Assembly (NCBI GenBank): GCA_000146045.2
Contig: BK006944.2
Coordinates: 576,001 to 640,000 of the forward strand
Reading direction: 5' to 3'
From: TPA_inf: Saccharomyces
Lineage: Eukaryota
Length of the DNA: 64,000 bases
Every line of letters begins with the position of its first letter. The first letter of the stretch is position 1. Below the pieces are notes generated by a model that was given only the letters and a program-made list of their open reading frames with translations, had not been told where the DNA came from and searched no databases. This document shows, one piece after another, positions 54,601-64,000 of the stretch. Position numbers and translations under genes: made by a program.

Positions 54601-54920
54601 AGATCTGGATTTCCTAATTTGGATACATCTCTTTTCTTTTTTTGACTCACAATAGGAAAAAACCGAGCTTCCTTTCATCCGGCGCGGCTGTGTTCTACAT
54701 ATCACTGAAGCTCCGGGTATTTTAAGTTATACAAGGGAAAGATGCCGGCTAGACTAGCAAGTTTTAGGCTGCTTAACATTATGGATAGGCGGATAAAGGG
54801 CCCAAACAGGATTGTAAAGCTTAGACGCTTCTGGTTGGACAATGGTACGTTTGTGTATTAAGTAAGGCTTGGCTGGGGATAGCAACATTGGGCAGAGTAT
54901 AGAAGACCACAAAAAAAAGG

Positions 54921-54928
54921 TATATAAG
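54921..54928 (+). promoter_or_regulatory. Candidate TATA box TATATAAG about 225 bp upstream of the PCK1 ATG.
   Basis: The consensus TATA(A/T)A(A/T)(A/G) is read directly. The assignment to PCK1 is inferred from position. Confidence 0.4.
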
Positions 54929-55151
54929 GGCAGAGAAGTCTTTGTAATGTGTGTAACTTCTCTTCCATGTGTAATCAGTATTTCTACTTACTTCTTAAAT
55001 ATACAGAAGTAAGACAGATAACCAACAGCCTTTCCCAGATATACATATATATCTTTATTTCAGCTTAAACAATAATTATATTTGTTTAACTCAAAAATAA
55101 AAAAAAAAAACCAAACTCACGCAACTAATTATTCCATAATAAAATAACAAC

Positions 55152-56801
55152 ATGTCCCCTTCTAAAATGAATGCTACAGTAGGATCTACTTCCGAAGTTG
55201 AACAAAAAATCAGACAAGAATTGGCTCTTAGTGACGAAGTCACCACCATCAGACGCAATGCTCCAGCTGCCGTTTTGTATGAAGATGGTCTAAAAGAAAA
55301 TAAAACTGTCATTTCATCAAGCGGTGCATTGATCGCTTATTCCGGTGTTAAAACCGGAAGATCTCCAAAGGACAAACGTATTGTTGAAGAACCTACCTCG
55401 AAAGACGAAATTTGGTGGGGTCCGGTCAATAAACCATGTTCTGAAAGAACATGGTCTATCAACCGTGAAAGAGCTGCAGATTACTTGAGAACAAGAGACC
55501 ACATTTATATTGTCGATGCATTTGCAGGATGGGATCCAAAATACAGAATCAAAGTCCGCGTTGTTTGTGCCAGGGCTTACCACGCTTTATTCATGACAAA
55601 TATGCTTATTAGACCTACAGAAGAAGAATTAGCCCATTTTGGAGAACCTGATTTTACTGTCTGGAACGCTGGTCAGTTCCCAGCCAATTTACACACCCAG
55701 GATATGTCTTCAAAGAGTACTATAGAAATTAACTTCAAAGCAATGGAAATGATCATTTTAGGTACCGAATACGCCGGTGAAATGAAAAAAGGTATTTTCA
55801 CAGTTATGTTTTACTTGATGCCTGTGCACCATAACGTTTTAACTTTGCACTCTTCCGCCAACCAGGGTATTCAAAACGGTGACGTTACTTTATTCTTTGG
55901 CCTAAGTGGTACCGGGAAAACCACTTTATCCGCAGACCCACATAGATTGTTGATCGGCGATGATGAACATTGTTGGTCCGACCATGGTGTCTTCAATATC
56001 GAAGGTGGTTGTTACGCCAAGTGTATTAATTTATCTGCCGAAAAGGAGCCTGAAATTTTCGACGCTATCAAGTTTGGTTCTGTATTAGAAAACGTTATCT
56101 ATGACGAGAAGTCGCATGTAGTCGACTATGACGACTCTTCTATTACTGAAAATACTAGATGTGCCTACCCAATTGACTACATTCCAAGTGCCAAGATTCC
56201 ATGTTTGGCGGACTCTCATCCAAAGAACATTATCCTGCTAACTTGTGATGCTTCGGGTGTTTTACCACCAGTATCTAAATTGACTCCTGAACAAGTCATG
56301 TACCATTTCATCTCTGGTTACACTTCTAAAATGGCTGGTACTGAGCAAGGTGTCACTGAACCTGAACCAACATTTTCATCTTGTTTCGGACAACCCTTCC
56401 TAGCCTTGCACCCTATTAGATACGCAACCATGTTAGCTACAAAGATGTCTCAACATAAAGCTAATGCGTACTTAATCAACACCGGCTGGACTGGTTCTTC
56501 CTACGTATCTGGTGGTAAACGTTGCCCATTGAAGTACACAAGGGCCATTCTGGATTCTATTCATGATGGTTCGTTAGCCAATGAAACGTACGAAACTTTA
56601 CCGATTTTCAATCTTCAAGTACCTACCAAGGTTAACGGTGTTCCAGCTGAGCTTTTGAATCCTGCTAAAAACTGGTCTCAAGGTGAATCCAAATACAGAG
56701 GTGCAGTTACCAACTTGGCCAACTTGTTTGTTCAAAATTTCAAGATTTATCAAGACAGAGCCACACCAGATGTATTAGCCGCTGGTCCTCAATTCGAGTA
56801 A
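55152..56801 (+). CDS. PCK1: Phosphoenolpyruvate carboxykinase (ATP), 549 aa.
   Basis: A 549-aa ORF with ATG at 55152. The kinase-1a/P-loop motif GLSGTGKTT and PEPCK-ATP signature regions are present. Matches YKR097W. Confidence 0.96.
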   Translation: MSPSKMNATVGSTSEVEQKIRQELALSDEVTTIRRNAPAAVLYEDGLKENKTVISSSGALIAYSGVKTGRSPKDKRIVEEPTSKDEIWWGPVNKPCSERTWSINRERAADYLRTRDHIYIVDAFAGWDPKYRIKVRVVCARAYHALFMTNMLIRPTEEELAHFGEPDFTVWNAGQFPANLHTQDMSSKSTIEINFKAMEMIILGTEYAGEMKKGIFTVMFYLMPVHHNVLTLHSSANQGIQNGDVTLFFGLSGTGKTTLSADPHRLLIGDDEHCWSDHGVFNIEGGCYAKCINLSAEKEPEIFDAIKFGSVLENVIYDEKSHVVDYDDSSITENTRCAYPIDYIPSAKIPCLADSHPKNIILLTCDASGVLPPVSKLTPEQVMYHFISGYTSKMAGTEQGVTEPEPTFSSCFGQPFLALHPIRYATMLATKMSQHKANAYLINTGWTGSSYVSGGKRCPLKYTRAILDSIHDGSLANETYETLPIFNLQVPTKVNGVPAELLNPAKNWSQGESKYRGAVTNLANLFVQNFKIYQDRATPDVLAAGPQFE

Positions 56802-57025
56802 ACGAAACATGTTCGTTCGATATGTTCAATCCAAAAAAAAAAAAAAGAATTAGAATTATTTCGACATCATAAATGTTCGTAATATATTATTTTGTCAATT
56901 TTTTCTCTTCCCATTTCAGCTTTTTTTTAATAACTGAAACTGGATCAACAAGCACATGTTTTTCTAATTAATCTTTCAAACATATTTATGTATATACATA
57001 AGGAAAATTCAAAAATCCGATGCAA

Positions 57026-59179
57026 TTAACAGAATTCTTCTTCATAGTTCTCTTCATCCATTCTTTCGTAGAATAAGACGTATACCTCATCGCTAGACAT
57101 TTCTGTTTTGCCGGCTTCAAAGTTGTTGCGATCCTTGCGATGTTGCTGTATATAATCGTCATCAAATGTAACCCAAACTTGTCTATTCAGTCCAATTTCA
57201 TGGCTCTTTTCTTTGTTCACAACAGAAGTATAGTGTCCATTGATAAGGTTACCGGAATGATTCACCGTTCCATATAACTTGTATCGAATCACTTTACCGT
57301 TCTTTAAAATAATGTTCAATATCAAAGGGTAGGTTATTACAGTGCTGTTTTTTTTTGTTAAATCATAATAGAACCTTGATAAATGAATGACAAGTATCGG
57401 AGGTAAAACTATAAAGTCTAAACTCTTAATCGTGGTTAACTTTTTAGAATTTCGCTTCTTTGCATTTTTTGTTGAATCATCGCTGCTATGGTGATGATGG
57501 TGATGATGGTGGGGTGATTTTGACCTTGATCTGGAATGAAAACCGAATATGGTTGATTTTTTCTTCTGGCTAGTAATTTCTTCTTTTTTGGATTTAGAAT
57601 CAGTAATTCTACAATTAGGACAATCCCAAGCATTGTCGCCTGACAGTTCTTCATCGCCTGTAAATAAGTTTATGCAATCCTCTAATTTAATTTTTCTCGA
57701 CTTACTTGTAAAGCTATACAATGATAGTTTTGGAATCGCAAGTGACAGAACATAGAAGGTAGAATAGCTATAAGAAGAATTACCACAGCGCTGACATTTC
57801 AAAATGTTCTCCAACTGCCCTCGATATATGTGATCAATTGGAGATAAACCATCAGTAATAACATTTCTCTCGTACCATTTCTCGTATTTGGATGGGTTAA
57901 CTTGTAAAGCATTCGCATCATATGACACTAGATCTGGATAATACTTGACAACATTTTCGTTCGAGAGCTCTTCATGTATTCGTGCTAAAACTATTAGTAG
58001 AAATTCCTGTGTATCCTGTTGATCATCTGGGATGTTCAAATCTGGCCTTAACTTCTTGCACATTTTTAAGAATCTATTTGGTATAATCGCTCTTCCTCCA
58101 TTCAAATACATTTTTTTGAACAAAACGTAAATCGAGCGGGAAAGTTGGACTTCTTTCGGATATTTGTTAGTATTGAGGAATAGCCTATATTTCTTGGTTA
58201 AAAACAAATCCCGAAATAAGGTAGTGCCAAACAGACATTGAATTATACTGTTAATATAGCATGTATTGCATGGATTTTGCAGGCCAGTAATAGATAACTC
58301 TGATAACAGATCATTAGAATCTTCAATTACTGGTAGATTGTAAGCTTTCGGGGCCGAAGATTCTATGGCCTCGATCTTTCCTTCTTCCTCCTTTGGCTTT
58401 TCCACCTTGGATAAAGAGGATGAAGAATCTTGGCTAGAATCTCTGATTTGTGACGAAACCTCCAAGGAGTGCACGGGGGGAGCAGTTGCTGGACTAGACA
58501 GCGTTTTGAATAATGCATCCTTTCCAGTACTGAGTTTTAAATACGAGGGTTTTGATAATGCTTCTTTGCTTGTGTAGTACGCCACTTCAGAACCAGCTTC
58601 CAATTTATTACTTGATGCTATCTGATTACTTTCCCTGACTATGTCCTCTTTCGAATTATCATTTGTTGGTTTTGTTAGCTCATTCGGTATTTCATGTAGT
58701 GAGCCATCAAACTTGTTATGTATTGACAAAGAGGCCATATGAACAGGTAAAGGCCGTAGCGGTAAGGAGTAGGCTCTTTTTCTTTTTATGGTCCTGCAAA
58801 TTCCGTTTGACTCCGCTAAATACCGGTCAACAATAACAGTACTTTCATCTCTTACCACTTTTAACACATAACCCATCACGTGTTCGTCTTGATAGTCGTT
58901 TTTTAGCTTTGCGTAACTGCTGTAGAGATTATTTCTTGTTTGGAATTGTAACGATTGTGGAATAATAAGGTACAGATAATAACAACCAATAATAAATGCT
59001 GTCAAAGCTTCCATTTCCTGATTGATTTCTAAATCCCTCAGGTAAACATTAAACAGATGAGCAGCATGGTCTAACAATCCTCTTAAGTTCTTTAGCCGTA
59101 ATTGCGAATAAAACTGTTTAATATCTACTTCATATACTTTTCGAACTAGGTTTAGAATTTGATCTGGGTTTAATAACAT
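57026..59179 (-). CDS. UBP11: Ubp11, ubiquitin-specific protease (C19 family), 717 aa.
   Basis: A 717-aa ORF with ATG (cat 59177-59179). It has the Cys box (GLQNPCNTCYINSIIQCLF) and a His box (GHYTSVV). An internal H8 run is present. Matches YKR098C. Confidence 0.92.
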   Translation of the reverse strand: MLLNPDQILNLVRKVYEVDIKQFYSQLRLKNLRGLLDHAAHLFNVYLRDLEINQEMEALTAFIIGCYYLYLIIPQSLQFQTRNNLYSSYAKLKNDYQDEHVMGYVLKVVRDESTVIVDRYLAESNGICRTIKRKRAYSLPLRPLPVHMASLSIHNKFDGSLHEIPNELTKPTNDNSKEDIVRESNQIASSNKLEAGSEVAYYTSKEALSKPSYLKLSTGKDALFKTLSSPATAPPVHSLEVSSQIRDSSQDSSSSLSKVEKPKEEEGKIEAIESSAPKAYNLPVIEDSNDLLSELSITGLQNPCNTCYINSIIQCLFGTTLFRDLFLTKKYRLFLNTNKYPKEVQLSRSIYVLFKKMYLNGGRAIIPNRFLKMCKKLRPDLNIPDDQQDTQEFLLIVLARIHEELSNENVVKYYPDLVSYDANALQVNPSKYEKWYERNVITDGLSPIDHIYRGQLENILKCQRCGNSSYSYSTFYVLSLAIPKLSLYSFTSKSRKIKLEDCINLFTGDEELSGDNAWDCPNCRITDSKSKKEEITSQKKKSTIFGFHSRSRSKSPHHHHHHHHSSDDSTKNAKKRNSKKLTTIKSLDFIVLPPILVIHLSRFYYDLTKKNSTVITYPLILNIILKNGKVIRYKLYGTVNHSGNLINGHYTSVVNKEKSHEIGLNRQVWVTFDDDYIQQHRKDRNNFEAGKTEMSSDEVYVLFYERMDEENYEEEFC

Positions 59180-59449
59180 TGTCTTTATGACTTCCGATTT
59201 AGCGAAAAGAAAACGGAAAGTAAGATCAATGCCACGGTTATTTAGTTTACTGAAGATCCTGAAAGACTACTAGCAGTAGCAGTAACCTTTCAGAGCTTAT
59301 AATCAACCTAATGATTACTCAGCGCACAATCTAAAAGGGTTTCTCAACTAATTCTCGAAGAAATGTCAATCCCTTTTTTAAGCACTCCGGAAAAACTTTA
59401 TAATAGATGTGGGGAAATCACCTTTGACGATGTGCAACGGAGAAACTAT

Positions 59450-59485
59450 TTTTTTTTTTCTTTTTTTCTTTTTTTTTTTTTTTTT
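59450..59485. promoter_or_regulatory. 36-bp poly(dT) tract (34 of 36 are T) in the UBP11/BAS1 divergent intergenic region, likely a nucleosome-excluding promoter element.
   Basis: Read directly as tttttttttctttttttctttttttttttttttttg. It sits about 270 bp from the UBP11 ATG and about 365 bp from the BAS1 ATG. Confidence 0.6.
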
Positions 59486-59850
59486 GGTCCGAACAATGCG
59501 ATGAGCCAGACGAAGAAAAAAATAAAAAATGAGAATGAGTAATTATGTTAAGACCTTTAGAAGAAATAGGGTCCAGTCACAGAATAAAGCCCCAGGAAAC
59601 TTTAAAGCAATCGAAATTAACCAGCTATATTTATATAATAAGAAATTTTTCTTATTAGTTTACTATAAAGGACTAGTGTACGTTTTTTGTGTTTAATTAT
59701 TTGCTTTCTGATAATCCGGTTTGCTGATTTGAATCGTTCTCTGCAACAATTGTTGATCTCTAGTGGGGTAAACAAAATTAGTTTTGTTTAAAACTTTTGT
59801 TGTAGCGTTTTTGCTCTTTTTTTTTTATCGCAGAATACATTTTATCGAGA

Positions 59851-62286
59851 ATGTCGAATATAAGTACCAAAGATATACGAAAAAGTAAGCCAAAAAGAGG
59901 ATCCGGCTTCGATTTACTTGAAGTGACTGAATCACTTGGCTATCAGACACACAGGAAAAATGGAAGAAATTCATGGTCAAAGGACGACGATAATATGCTA
60001 CGATCGCTAGTAAACGAATCCGCAAAGGAGTTAGGCTATGAGAATGGACTTGAAGACGTAAAAACAATTCAACAATCCAACCATCTTTCTAAATGTATTG
60101 CTTGGGATGTTTTAGCTACACGATTCAAACACACCGTAAGAACTTCAAAGGATGTAAGAAAGCGTTGGACAGGATCTCTGGACCCAAACTTGAAGAAAGG
60201 TAAATGGACACAAGAAGAGGATGAGCAGCTCTTGAAAGCTTATGAAGAACATGGGCCTCACTGGCTGAGTATCTCCATGGATATCCCTGGAAGAACAGAG
60301 GATCAATGTGCGAAAAGGTACATTGAAGTGTTGGGACCTGGAAGTAAAGGTAGATTAAGAGAATGGACGCTCGAGGAAGATTTAAATCTGATAAGTAAAG
60401 TGAAGGCATACGGCACGAAATGGAGAAAGATTTCGTCGGAAATGGAATTCAGACCAAGTTTAACGTGCAGGAACAGATGGCGGAAAATTATTACTATGGT
60501 TGTGCGAGGACAAGCATCAGAAGTAATAACAAAGGCTATAAAAGAAAACAAGAACATAGACATGACAGACGGAAAACTCCGACAACATCCAATCGCCGAT
60601 TCTGATATACGCTCAGATTCTACACCGAATAAAGAAGAACAGTTGCAGCTATCTCAACAGAACAACCCTTCATTGATAAAGCAGGATATATTGAATGTTA
60701 AAGAGAACGAATCGAGCAAACTACCAAGATTAAAGGATAATGATGGACCCATTTTAAATGACAGCAAGCCACAAGCATTACCTCCCTTAAAAGAGATATC
60801 TGCACCTCCACCAATCAGGATGACGCAAGTCGGTCAGACTCATACCAGTGGTAGCATTAGGAGCAAAGTATCTTTACCAATTGAAGGTCTTTCTCAAATG
60901 AACAAGCAAAGTCCTGGAGGAATCTCAGATAGCCCACAGACAAGCCTTCCCCCAGCATTCAATCCAGCATCTCTCGATGAGCATATGATGAATAGTAATA
61001 GTATTTCAGATTCTCCGAAGCATGCTTATTCTACTGTGAAAACTAGAGAACCAAATTCCTCTAGCACACAATGGAAATTTACATTAAAAGATGGTCAAGG
61101 TTTGTCAATTTCTAACGGAACTATTGACAGCACAAAATTAGTAAAAGAATTGGTTGACCAAGCTAAGAAGTACTCTTTAAAAATTTCGATACATCAACAT
61201 ATTCACAATCATTATGTTACATCCACAGACCATCCTGTCAGCAGCAATACTGGATTGTCAAATATAGGAAATATAAATGGAAACCCTCTATTAATGGATA
61301 GTTTCCCACATATGGGTAGACAACTGGGAAATGGTCTTCCAGGGTTAAATTCAAATAGTGACACTTTTAACCCAGAATATAGGACTTCTCTGGACAACAT
61401 GGATAGCGATTTTTTATCAAGAACACCCAACTATAACGCATTCAGCTTGGAAGCAACTTCACACAATCCCGCTGACAATGCAAATGAACTTGGTTCACAA
61501 AGCAATAGAGAAACAAACAGCCCGTCTGTATTTTATCCTCAAGCAAATACATTGATCCCAACTAATTCTACCGCTACAAATAATGAAATCATTCAAGGAA
61601 ACGTTAGTGCTAATAGTATGTCACCGAATTTCAATGGAACAAATGGCAAGGCACCAAGTTCGACGGCATCATATACAACGAGCGGTTCAGAAATGCCACC
61701 TGATGTAGGTCCTAATAGAATAGCGCATTTCAACTATTTGCCACCAACTATACGGCCTCATTTAGGCTCATCAGATGCGACAAGAGGTGCTGACTTGAAT
61801 AAGTTACTCAATCCATCTCCAAATTCAGTAAGAAGTAACGGCAGTAAAACTAAGAAAAAAGAAAAAAGAAAAAGTGAATCATCTCAGCATCATTCTTCAT
61901 CATCTGTGACAACCAATAAATTCAATCACATTGATCAGTCGGAGATATCAAGGACTACATCCAGATCTGATACTCCATTGAGAGATGAAGACGGCCTGGA
62001 TTTTTGGGAAACGTTAAGATCCTTGGCTACTACGAATCCAAATCCTCCAGTTGAAAAGTCAGCTGAAAATGATGGTGCCAAGCCTCAAGTGGTACATCAA
62101 GGGATTGGCTCACATACAGAAGATAGCAGCCTAGGTTCCCATAGCGGAGGATACGATTTTTTTAACGAACTGTTGGATAAAAAGGCAGATACACTGCATA
62201 ATGAGGCTAAGAAGACGAGCGAGCATGATATGACGTCAGGAGGTTCTACCGATAATGGGTCAGTCCTGCCACTGAATCCTAGTTGA
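59851..62286 (+). CDS. BAS1: Bas1, Myb-related transcription factor of purine/histidine/one-carbon biosynthesis genes (811 aa).
   Basis: An 811-aa ORF with ATG at 59851. It has three N-terminal Myb/SANT-like repeats (W...W spacing: WSKDDDNML, KGKWTQEEDEQLLKAYEEHGPHW, REWTLEEDLNLISKVKAYGTKW) and a long S/N/P-rich activation region. Confidence 0.93.
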   Translation: MSNISTKDIRKSKPKRGSGFDLLEVTESLGYQTHRKNGRNSWSKDDDNMLRSLVNESAKELGYENGLEDVKTIQQSNHLSKCIAWDVLATRFKHTVRTSKDVRKRWTGSLDPNLKKGKWTQEEDEQLLKAYEEHGPHWLSISMDIPGRTEDQCAKRYIEVLGPGSKGRLREWTLEEDLNLISKVKAYGTKWRKISSEMEFRPSLTCRNRWRKIITMVVRGQASEVITKAIKENKNIDMTDGKLRQHPIADSDIRSDSTPNKEEQLQLSQQNNPSLIKQDILNVKENESSKLPRLKDNDGPILNDSKPQALPPLKEISAPPPIRMTQVGQTHTSGSIRSKVSLPIEGLSQMNKQSPGGISDSPQTSLPPAFNPASLDEHMMNSNSISDSPKHAYSTVKTREPNSSSTQWKFTLKDGQGLSISNGTIDSTKLVKELVDQAKKYSLKISIHQHIHNHYVTSTDHPVSSNTGLSNIGNINGNPLLMDSFPHMGRQLGNGLPGLNSNSDTFNPEYRTSLDNMDSDFLSRTPNYNAFSLEATSHNPADNANELGSQSNRETNSPSVFYPQANTLIPTNSTATNNEIIQGNVSANSMSPNFNGTNGKAPSSTASYTTSGSEMPPDVGPNRIAHFNYLPPTIRPHLGSSDATRGADLNKLLNPSPNSVRSNGSKTKKKEKRKSESSQHHSSSSVTTNKFNHIDQSEISRTTSRSDTPLRDEDGLDFWETLRSLATTNPNPPVEKSAENDGAKPQVVHQGIGSHTEDSSLGSHSGGYDFFNELLDKKADTLHNEAKKTSEHDMTSGGSTDNGSVLPLNPS

Positions 62287-62900
62287 GAAGGCAAGGCCGA
62301 AAAAAAACACAAATCTTTCAATTGTTTAACATATTAGTTTTGTAATAAGCATAAGTGTATATTATACATAGCACAAGATGGATAATATTCTCTGAAAAAA
62401 ACGTGTAGTTTCATGACTCGCATTTTTTTTTTTTTTTCTTTCATGTTGATTAACATACTTGAATTCTGTATTTAAGCTGTATAAAAAGTTGTTCTATTTC
62501 ATATACGGCGATTTTGCATAATTAAGAACTTTGCCTTGTACACTATTTTACTAGGGTATTCTTCCAAGATTTCTCTTCTTATTTTTTCCCTTTATAAGTC
62601 ATTGTAGCAACATAATTTCCTGGAAATTTTAAGGGAATATATTTCTTTCCGCCCACAAACACAAAGGGCGTTTAGTAAATTATGCGGCGATGTATAAAAG
62701 AGAAAGCAGGCAAAAAGAAAATGAAAAATGAGACTATGAACTTTAAGAATTATGTCTTGACTAATTTTTTAAAACCCATCATCCATGAAGAGTTCTGTTT
62801 GTATTGTTTACGTTTGATGTTTGAAGTGAATTTAATAGAATTGTTCCTCTTTTTTTCTTCTTTTTTTAACTATAATATAATGTTTAGTATATCAACAGTA

Positions 62901-63968
62901 CTATTTAGGCCTTAGACTTTCTATGAACTCTCTCTTACTCTGTGAGTAGTTGGTAAATTCGTTTTCGTATTGATCTTCCTCAGCAATTTCCCCGATATTG
63001 CCCACATCATAGTTATTCTGTAATTTGTATAAATCCTTATCTTTATCTGTTATTGCAGACCTGCTATCCTTTACCGAGTGGTCAGCATCCATTCCTTCGT
63101 TATCTTTATCAAAAGTGTTTGGTAACTGTGATTGAGCCGCACTTTTGGGTGTTGCAAACACATCCTCTAGGGCATCGCGCTTATTTACCGATGTTATAGA
63201 GGAATTCCTTGTATGGAAGGACGCGTTTGAAATGTTACCATTTAAAAACGAGGATGAAGCTCTCCTTGGGTAATACGAACCAAAGTCCTGATTCTGCAAA
63301 TTTCTTATCAGATTTTCATTACTAGATTGGCGAGTATTATGTTTAAGTTCTATCATCGAAGCTTTGTTTTGGTCATTGCTAGTATTAGTATCACTGGAAG
63401 GATCTGCGAAAAAGTTTGGTCCTTCATCAGAAATAACAGGGACCATCTGATCATAAACGCTGATCTGTCTCTTTGTTATATGCCGTTGGGAAGATGATAA
63501 GGAAACATTGGAGCTGTTATTTATACTTGGTAAATCCACAACGGACTTCTGCCTGGCATTATTGCCGTAGTTATTATTTCGTACTTGAAGTAAATTTATT
63601 TTCCTACGGTATGCTGGCACATAGTATTTACTATTCTTTTTCCCTAACGGTTTCTCTTGATCTCGCGATTTTCCATCTTTTTCTTCTGGATGAGCAGATC
63701 CTTCCGATGAACCAGAAGTGTGATCAGGATTTTTTAGCTCGGAGCTGGCTAGTGCTGCTTCATCTTTACTGTCTCTTAAGGGTCCAAAATTGTCAAAGGA
63801 CACGAAACCACTTTCATCATAAATAGCCCTTTCCAATTCTCTATCGTCTTGTTCCTCCCTCTTGTATCTTTTTTGTAGGTTAAACCAGAAACATACTGCT
63901 ATTATAATACCTACACCGACGGGTATACCCACCGCACAACCCACCGCAACTGATGTGCTGGCAGTCAT
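62901..63968 (-). CDS. SKG1: Skg1 (suppressor of lethality of KEX2 GAS1 double null), 355 aa, with a single N-terminal transmembrane segment and a Ser/Asn-rich cytoplasmic tail.
   Basis: A 355-aa ORF with ATG (cat 63966-63968). The N-terminal hydrophobic segment ([23 protein letters not shown]) and length match YKR100C. Confidence 0.88.
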
Positions 63969-64000
63969 CTCTTTTACTTCTTACTACGATGAGCTCCCAA

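Overview
This window reads as a contiguous, syntenic stretch of the Saccharomyces cerevisiae chromosome XI right arm, running from SIS2 (YKR072C) to SKG1 (YKR100C). I recognise this from protein sequences, ORF lengths and gene order held in memory; no database was searched. It holds 27 protein-coding genes, every one of which matches the protein length I recall for the reference strain, plus one intron-containing tRNA-Lys(UUU) gene. Two protein genes carry spliceosomal introns that the six-frame ORF track cannot resolve: RPL40B (ubiquitin-L40 fusion; 8-nt exon 1, 368-nt intron) and PCC1 (38-nt exon 1, 75-nt intron). The ORF track evidently allows non-ATG (TTG/GTG) starts, which gives seven genes spurious N-terminal extensions; I trimmed each to the first in-frame ATG and confirmed that ATG codon by position. 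I found no Ty/LTR element, CRISPR array, rRNA, pseudogene or frameshift, and nothing that looks like an undescribed gene system. The genome is ordinary, densely packed yeast sequence. The most informative non-coding signals are transcription-factor motif clusters: a five-copy Rgt1-type CGGANNA cluster upstream of YKR075C, a perfect CSRE upstream of PCK1, PAC+RRPE upstream of RPF2, TGACTC boxes upstream of MTD1, a CGGC-rich block far upstream of PTR2, and a 10-bp perfect inverted repeat of CGG half-sites in the RPL40B/MLP1 divergent promoter. Low-complexity coding repeats (SRP40 serine repeats, SIS2 poly-Asp, ESL2 poly-Asn, His runs) explain most of the overlapping or antisense ORFs in the track.
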